Assembly (NCBI RefSeq): GCF_003231495.1
Contig: NZ_PQWO01000003.1
Location: 300,001-332,000, forward strand
DNA from: Acaryochloris thomasi RCC1774
Lineage (GTDB): Bacteria > Cyanobacteriota > Cyanobacteriia > Thermosynechococcales > Thermosynechococcaceae
Direction: 5' to 3'
DNA length: 32,000 nucleotides
Shown here piece by piece: positions 27,022 to 32,000 of this stretch. The stretch's first letter is position 1. Each line of letters begins with the position of its first letter. The notes beneath the pieces are model-generated. The model searched no databases, was not told where the DNA came from, and was given only the letters and a program-made list of their open reading frames with translations. The translations under genes and the position numbers were made by a program.

Positions 27022-28359
27022 ATGAATCCAACTTCTCGCTCTTTGCACTCCCTCCAGACTGTTCTGTTTGGGGGGGCGGTTGTCGTCTCTGCTTCGGGCA
27101 TTGGCTTGTGCTGGCAGCATCCAGCTGAGGCAGCACTGGAAGATAGCCCAAAGGTGATTGTTGATGAGGCTTGGCAGCTGGTCAATCGTCACTATGTTGA
27201 TGAGACGTTCAATAAGACAGACTGGAAAGAAACTCGGCGAGAGCTTTTGAGCCGCAACTATACTTCAACGAAGCAGGCTTATACGGCCTTGCGAGAGGCA
27301 CTGCAACCCCTAAATGACCCCTATACCCGTTTTATGGCTCCTTCTGAATATGAGTCTCTCACGAGTCAGACCTCGGGTGAGCTATCGGGGGTTGGCATCC
27401 GGATGGAAATTAACAAGAAGACGAAGGTGCTGACGGTTGTTGAGCCGCTGCCGGGATCTCCAGCGACCAAGGCAGGGTTAACTGCAGGAGATCGCATCAT
27501 TGAGATTGATGGTAAACCCACGGCCAAGCTAGATATTAAGGAGTCTTCCAAATTGATCCGGGGTCAGAGTGGAACTCAGGTCAAGTTTTTAATTCAGCGT
27601 AAGGGAACGAAGAAGTTTGAGGTTGCGATTGAGCGTGCGGTTATTGAGCTGTCAGCCGTCACCTCTAGAATTCAGCGGGAAGGTGGCAATCGTATTGGCT
27701 ATATTCGCTTAAATGAATTTAGCGCCCATGCGTCTGAGCAAATCAAGGCAGCAATTGAGAGATTGACGGCGGAGAAAGCGGATGGATTTGTCCTTGATTT
27801 ACGAGGGAATCCAGGTGGTCTCCTGAATGCCAGTATCGATATTGCTGATATGTGGCTAGATCGGGGTCTGATTGTGCGCACGGTTAATCGTCAAGGGACA
27901 AATGAAAATGTTAAGGCCCGGACGAAGTCTTTGACGCAAAAACCCTTAGCAGTTCTTGTGGACGGTAATTCAGCCAGCTCTAGTGAGATCTTGACAGGGG
28001 CGCTGCAGGATAATGGGCGCGCTAAAGTCATTGGAAGCACAACCTTTGGCAAGGCCCTCGTTCAGTCGGTGCATCAGCTGTCGGATGGCTCCGGCTTGGC
28101 GGTGACGGTGGCTCATTACTACACGCCAAAAGGCACTGATATCAATCACAAGGGGATTACACCTGATATTCAGGTAAAGCTCTCAGAGGGGCAAAAAATT
28201 CTACTGTCTACTAATCCTAAGATGTTAGCGACGTTTTCTGATCCACACTATACGCAGGCTATTCGGACATTGCAGCAAGGTATTCGTGCACAGAAAGGGC
28301 AGCCGGATAGTACGGTCATCAACAAGGCGGTTGTTCCTAAGGCTTTCCATCAGAATTGA
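27022..28359 (+). CDS. ctpA: Carboxyl-terminal processing protease (S41 family, CtpA-like)
   Basis: 445 aa. PDZ domain (GVGIRMEINKKTKVLTVVEPLPGSPATKAGLTAGDRIIEIDG). S41 core motifs DLRGNPGGLL, VDGNSASSSEIL and TFGKALVQSV. Confidence 0.92.
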   Translation: MNPTSRSLHSLQTVLFGGAVVVSASGIGLCWQHPAEAALEDSPKVIVDEAWQLVNRHYVDETFNKTDWKETRRELLSRNYTSTKQAYTALREALQPLNDPYTRFMAPSEYESLTSQTSGELSGVGIRMEINKKTKVLTVVEPLPGSPATKAGLTAGDRIIEIDGKPTAKLDIKESSKLIRGQSGTQVKFLIQRKGTKKFEVAIERAVIELSAVTSRIQREGGNRIGYIRLNEFSAHASEQIKAAIERLTAEKADGFVLDLRGNPGGLLNASIDIADMWLDRGLIVRTVNRQGTNENVKARTKSLTQKPLAVLVDGNSASSSEILTGALQDNGRAKVIGSTTFGKALVQSVHQLSDGSGLAVTVAHYYTPKGTDINHKGITPDIQVKLSEGQKILLSTNPKMLATFSDPHYTQAIRTLQQGIRAQKGQPDSTVINKAVVPKAFHQN

Positions 28360-28430
28360 TCAGCTCTCTTCCTCTTTTCTTTGGGCTCCTAGAAGTAAGC
28401 AGAATCGCACAGCGTTGACTCGCTGTTGGA

Positions 28431-28943
28431 CTACGAAGATAGAAGGCGGGTTAGGTGTCGAAGTTCGGGAAGAATCAGCCGGGTGGCTGCTAATTTAACA
28501 GCGCTGGTTGATCCGGGCAGGGAAAAAATAAGTAGGTTTTGGTAAACCCCTGCGGTTGCTCGAGATGCGATCGCACGTGATCCGATCTCCTGATAACTGA
28601 GCATGCGGAACAATTCACCAAAGCCAGGTAGCTCCTTCTCTAAGAGCCTAGACACGACGTCATAGGTGACATCTCGGCATGCGATCCCCGTGCCGCCAGA
28701 ACAAAGAACAGCTTCAATCTTATCTGCAACTGCGAGTTGCCTTAAGTAGCCGTCAATCTGAACGGGGTCATCAGGGAGAATGTCATAAACCAGGACTTGA
28801 TGCCTTGATTCCGCTAAGGCTTGCTGTAAAAATTGACCGCTGGTGTCCGTTGCAGACGTTCGAGTATCACTAATGGTCAGCACCCCACAACGTACAGCAC
28901 GCTGGTCATCATGGGGCGGGTCAGAGTGGGGGTGGCGTTCCAC
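28431..28943 (-). CDS. moaB: Molybdenum cofactor biosynthesis protein B (MoaB/MogA fold)
   Basis: 170 aa. VLTISDTRT and LCSGGTGIACRDVTYDVV motifs. GTG start directly abutting the psb28 stop codon. Confidence 0.85.
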   Translation of the reverse strand: MERHPHSDPPHDDQRAVRCGVLTISDTRTSATDTSGQFLQQALAESRHQVLVYDILPDDPVQIDGYLRQLAVADKIEAVLCSGGTGIACRDVTYDVVSRLLEKELPGFGELFRMLSYQEIGSRAIASRATAGVYQNLLIFSLPGSTSAVKLAATRLILPELRHLTRLLSS

Positions 28944-29282
28944 CTACTCGCTAGCTTTGCTAAAGCCTAGGCCGTGACTTTCGGCATAGCGATTCATAAA
29001 CAACATAAACCGCTCCCACTCTTGGGTGCTCAACATATTGTAGGTTGCCTCAATTGCCACGATTTGCCCATTAATGAACTTGGCATTGACATCGCGAGTA
29101 CTGATCTCACCGTCTTCATCGATCATAAACATGCCCAAAATTTCTGGATTGCCATCCTGAACAATATCTGGGTTTTCAAACCGAAAAAATGCTCGACCAG
29201 AGGTTCCATCAGGTGCTCTCGTCAACCGAACATCAGGAACCACTGACTCATCAGTACCTCGAACAAATTGAATTTCTGCCAT
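28944..29282 (-). CDS. psb28: Photosystem II assembly protein Psb28
   Basis: 112 aa. [35 protein letters not shown]...[45 protein letters not shown] is colinear with Synechocystis Psb28 (Sll1398). Confidence 0.92.
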   Translation of the reverse strand: MAEIQFVRGTDESVVPDVRLTRAPDGTSGRAFFRFENPDIVQDGNPEILGMFMIDEDGEISTRDVNAKFINGQIVAIEATYNMLSTQEWERFMLFMNRYAESHGLGFSKASE

Positions 29283-29585
29283 AGTTTTTCTGAGAGACCT
29301 TTATGCAGTGGGTAAGAGTACACACTCCATCCTCACACGAAGGTATCCACGAGACAAATTGGCAGCAAAGACTGTTTGATTAATATGGGCTGGCTGTCAA
29401 AGTTTCTCAAGATCTCGAATTCCAACATCCTTTTGGCTTGAATATGATGATGCTCATGGCCCCACAGTTCATCTCTACTAATTAGCAAATCTTGTGATTA
29501 GAGACTCGTGACATAAATTAAACGCAATGTTCTGTGAGGAATTTAGAGTTATGCACTATAATCGCCTCAACCAGCTTATCAATTT

Positions 29586-30068
29586 ATGCTTGCAGTCTAC
29601 CCAGGGAGCTTTGACCCTGTTACATTAGGGCATCTCGACATCATTGAAAGAGGGTGTCGATTATTTGAAAAGGTGATCGTTGCTGTCTCTAAAAACCCAA
29701 ATAAGTCTCCCTTATTTACGGCGCAGCAGCGAATGGAGCAAATTCAGTCCTGCACTCATCACCTAACCAATCTAGAAATCGATGCCTTCGATACTTTGAC
29801 GGTGCATTATGCCCAGCAGCGTCAGGCACAGGTTCTGATCAGAGGGCTGCGAGTCCTTTCTGATTTTGAATATGAGCTGCAGATGGCTCATACAAACGCT
29901 AGTCTCTGTGGTTCAATTGAAACCGTTTTTCTGGCAACCTCAAATGAATATAGTTTTTTGAGCAGTAGCTTAGTTAAGGAAATCTCTCAATTTGGTGGTT
30001 CAGTCACTCACCTTGTCCCTCAAAATGTTGCTGTTGAGTTAAAAAAATGCTTCACCAAGAATCCATAA
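29586..30068 (+). CDS. coaD: Phosphopantetheine adenylyltransferase
   Basis: 160 aa. [23 protein letters not shown] (the T/HxGH nucleotidyltransferase motif) and a C-terminal SSSLVKEI. Confidence 0.93.
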   Translation: MLAVYPGSFDPVTLGHLDIIERGCRLFEKVIVAVSKNPNKSPLFTAQQRMEQIQSCTHHLTNLEIDAFDTLTVHYAQQRQAQVLIRGLRVLSDFEYELQMAHTNASLCGSIETVFLATSNEYSFLSSSLVKEISQFGGSVTHLVPQNVAVELKKCFTKNP

Positions 30069-30688
30069 GTCTTGAAACTCAGACCGTTACAAATGGCGTC
30101 CCTCCACAGAGCGGTCTTACTGCACAGCAAACACAGGGCTTGGCTCTGCAGCAACAGCTTCAGAGATTAGAAGAAGTGATTGTGCTAGATGGCCTCAAAC
30201 TACCGCTTACACAGCGAACAATTGTTGATGAGGAGCAGCTTCTGTCCCAGCTCCTCGCCGTTGAGCGTAGTATTCCTGATACGGTGCGAGCTGCTGAAGA
30301 TATTCTTAAGGGCAAAGAAGAGATCTTAAGCCGCGCCCATCAATATGCCCAAGAACTGATTAAGTCTGCGGAGCAGCGGGCTGCTCAAATTGCGGATGAA
30401 CTCACGATTATTCAGCAGGCTGAGCGAGAGGCGCAGCAGCTACAAAAACAGGTACAGTCGGAGGTGGAAGCATTACGACAGCGGAATATATCTGAAGTTG
30501 AGCGCGCTCGGCGTCAGACCCAGCAGGAATTGGATGCAATGCGTCAGGCAACCCAGGCTGAGTGTGAGCAAATCCATCGGGAAGCTGATCTATACGCGGA
30601 TCGTGTTTTGAAAGACCTTGAGGTGCAGCTAGGCACGATGCTCAAAGTGATTAATAATGGTCGGTCCCACCTAAAAAAATCAGCCTAG
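30047..30688 (+). CDS. Coiled-coil protein (ATP-synthase-subunit-b-like or DivIVA-like heptad region)
   Basis: 213 aa. It has a long Q/E/R/A-rich heptad stretch ([42 protein letters not shown]...). It overlaps the coaD 3' end by 22 nt. The exact start is uncertain. Confidence 0.6.
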   Translation: MLHQESISLETQTVTNGVPPQSGLTAQQTQGLALQQQLQRLEEVIVLDGLKLPLTQRTIVDEEQLLSQLLAVERSIPDTVRAAEDILKGKEEILSRAHQYAQELIKSAEQRAAQIADELTIIQQAEREAQQLQKQVQSEVEALRQRNISEVERARRQTQQELDAMRQATQAECEQIHREADLYADRVLKDLEVQLGTMLKVINNGRSHLKKSA

Positions 30689-30728
30689 GATAAACTGGTA
30701 TCTAGCGACGAGATGAGACGTTGGGGTT

Positions 30729-31058
30729 ATGCAGCCAATTGAGCCAAAAGTATTACCCCCTAGCCAGTCTCCACAGGAAGAGGCAGGTTGGCTGCAGGAG
30801 GCTCTACTGGAGTGGTTAGATACGGAATTCTTGCCAGAACCCGTCAATCAAAAAATCGCTGCACAGGCCGCTCGCATCTATCTGCGGCAGCGCATGGAAG
30901 GTGAGAATGACTTGGGTGCGCTCCTCATTGCAATTCTGACAGAGATGCAGGCCTTTGATTTTTCAAAAAGCTTCTATAGCGAATTTGCCGTCGCCAACGC
31001 CGTCAGCGATTTGCTGCTGACAAGTCTTGGGATTGATACCTGCTGTGGACAGTCATAG
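30729..31058 (+). CDS. Hypothetical protein, 109 aa
   Basis: Clean ATG ORF with acidic helical composition (LQEALLEWLDTEFLPEPVNQKIAAQAARIYLRQRMEGENDLG). I cannot name a family with confidence. Confidence 0.55.
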   Translation: MQPIEPKVLPPSQSPQEEAGWLQEALLEWLDTEFLPEPVNQKIAAQAARIYLRQRMEGENDLGALLIAILTEMQAFDFSKSFYSEFAVANAVSDLLLTSLGIDTCCGQS

Positions 31059-31071
31059 TTTACCGACTATA

Positions 31072-31108
31072 AAGAAATCGAGAATCTATGCTAGATCCTC
31101 GATTTCTT
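31072..31108. terminator. Long hairpin between the convergent 109-aa gene and rpsN
   Basis: AAGAAATCGAG...CTCGATTTCTT forms an 11-bp outer stem. After one A.C mismatch, ATCTA-TGC-TAGAT adds a 5-bp inner stem. Confidence 0.7.
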
Positions 31109-31142
31109 AGATTATTCAGTGAAGCGATAGTCTAATGAGACG

Positions 31143-31445
31143 CTACCAGCTTGCCTTGCGCACGCCAGGAAGCAAGCCTTCGTGAGCCATCTCTCTGAGG
31201 CAATGGCGAGACAGGCCGAAGTCACGGTAAAAGCCTCTTGAGCGGCCGGTTACCCAGCAACGATTGCGGAGACGGGTGGGGGCGCTGTTTCTAGGTAGGC
31301 GCTGTAGCTGACGGTGCAGGTCCATTTTTTCTTGCTGCGTTGTCGCCTGGGCAATCTGTTCCTGGATTGCCTGTCGCTTATGGGCGTACTTCGCAACCAT
31401 TTTTTCGCGCTTTCTTTCGCGCTCAATCATGCTCTTCTTTGCCAT
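31143..31445 (-). CDS. rpsN: 30S ribosomal protein S14 (long, non-zinc form)
   Basis: 100 aa. [24 protein letters not shown]...[39 protein letters not shown]. Confidence 0.95.
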   Translation of the reverse strand: MAKKSMIERERKREKMVAKYAHKRQAIQEQIAQATTQQEKMDLHRQLQRLPRNSAPTRLRNRCWVTGRSRGFYRDFGLSRHCLREMAHEGLLPGVRKASW

Positions 31446-31506
31446 GGACCTTTAGAATACCTATCGTTGTAATTTAGACAGTGCTTCCTATAGTAACCAA
31501 TTTTGT

Positions 31507-32000
31507 TTACTTGTTGACAGCTTTCTTAGAAGTTTTTGTCGCCACGGTCGCTTTACCTGCTGAGGGACACAGATCTGCAAGGGTACAGCGATCGCAACTC
31601 GGTTTTCGAGCCATGCACACCGCTCGCCCGTGATAAATTAGCCGGATCGACCAGTTTTCCCAATCGGGCTGGGGTAAGAGTGCCATGAGATCGCGCTCAA
31701 TCTTTACTGGATCCTGGTGCTTTGTTAAGCCCAAGCGATTACTGAGCCGCTTAACGTGAGTATCTACTGTTACCCCTGCGTTAATGCCAAAGGCATGAGC
31801 TAAAACAACATTAGCGGTTTTGCGTGCCACCCCCGGCAAGGTTAGTAGCTGCTCCATTTGCTGCGGTACATCTCCGCCAAAGTCAGTGACGATTCTATGG
31901 CAGGCTTGCTGAATGTGCTTAGCTTTATTGCGGTAAAAGCCGGTAGAGCGCACCAGCGCCTCAATCTCTTCTCGTTCTGCCCCCGCTAGGGCTGACGCAT
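31507..32000 (-). CDS. nth: Endonuclease III (DNA glycosylase/AP lyase), C-terminal 164 codons; the N-terminus lies beyond the window edge
   Basis: HhH motif LPGVARKTANVVL, then VDTHV, then a 4Fe-4S cluster loop CMARKPSCDRCTLADLC. The reading frame stays open to position 32000, so the ORF-track start at 31953 is internal. Confidence 0.92.
   Translation of the reverse strand, partial: ASALAGAEREEIEALVRSTGFYRNKAKHIQQACHRIVTDFGGDVPQQMEQLLTLPGVARKTANVVLAHAFGINAGVTVDTHVKRLSNRLGLTKHQDPVKIERDLMALLPQPDWENWSIRLIYHGRAVCMARKPSCDRCTLADLCPSAGKATVATKTSKKAVNK

Noticed and set aside
5449-29282. Three PSII assembly factor genes (ycf39, ctpA, psb28) within 24 kb, considered as a possible functional cluster
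   Set aside because: They are separated by many unrelated housekeeping genes, lie on different strands, and are clearly in different transcription units. The proximity is most likely coincidental.
29330-29338. TCCTCACAC, 9 of the 11 nt of the conserved Yfr1 sRNA motif ACUCCUCACAC, in the psb28-coaD spacer
   Set aside because: The two flanking stem-loops and the terminator U-tail that define Yfr1 are absent. A 9-mer match alone is weak. On the other strand it lies in the psb28 leader, where it could equally be a Yfr1 target-like site, but that is speculation.

Overview
This is a cyanobacterial chromosomal segment. Evidence: 12 copies of the HIP1 octamer GCGATCGC, the PSII assembly genes ycf39, ctpA and psb28, and the canonical trnW-secE-nusG-rplK-rplA-rplJ-rplL cluster. 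Most of the window is tightly packed housekeeping DNA: thiC with a TPP riboswitch, mltA, ycf39-nadK, uvrC, rluD, rplS, the pyruvate dehydrogenase E2 gene, ctpA, moaB, psb28, coaD, rpsN and nth. I found no CRISPR array, transposase, integrase or recognisable defence system. Five things deserve a second look. (1) At 13.37-14.68 kb an ICMT/PEMT-family membrane methyltransferase gene is split in two by a 718-bp low-GC segment. That segment carries a complete DinB-family gene and is bounded by an 11-bp perfect inverted repeat. (2) A non-coding element of about 100 nt occurs twice, at 5171-5275 (+) and 23223-23319 (-), with a 30/30-nt identical core. Each copy sits upstream of a gene in the same relative orientation, and one ends 14 nt before a GGDEF cyclase start codon. 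(3) nadK carries a -1 frameshift near 6534. (4) A four-gene string with spacers of 9 nt or less (GNAT, small membrane protein, membrane-anchored GTPase, methyltransferase) has no function I know of. (5) Two intergenic regions of 640-710 bp have no assignable content. All calls come from reading translations and motifs by eye. No database search or folding was possible, so product names are family-level recognitions and boundaries of non-coding features are approximate.
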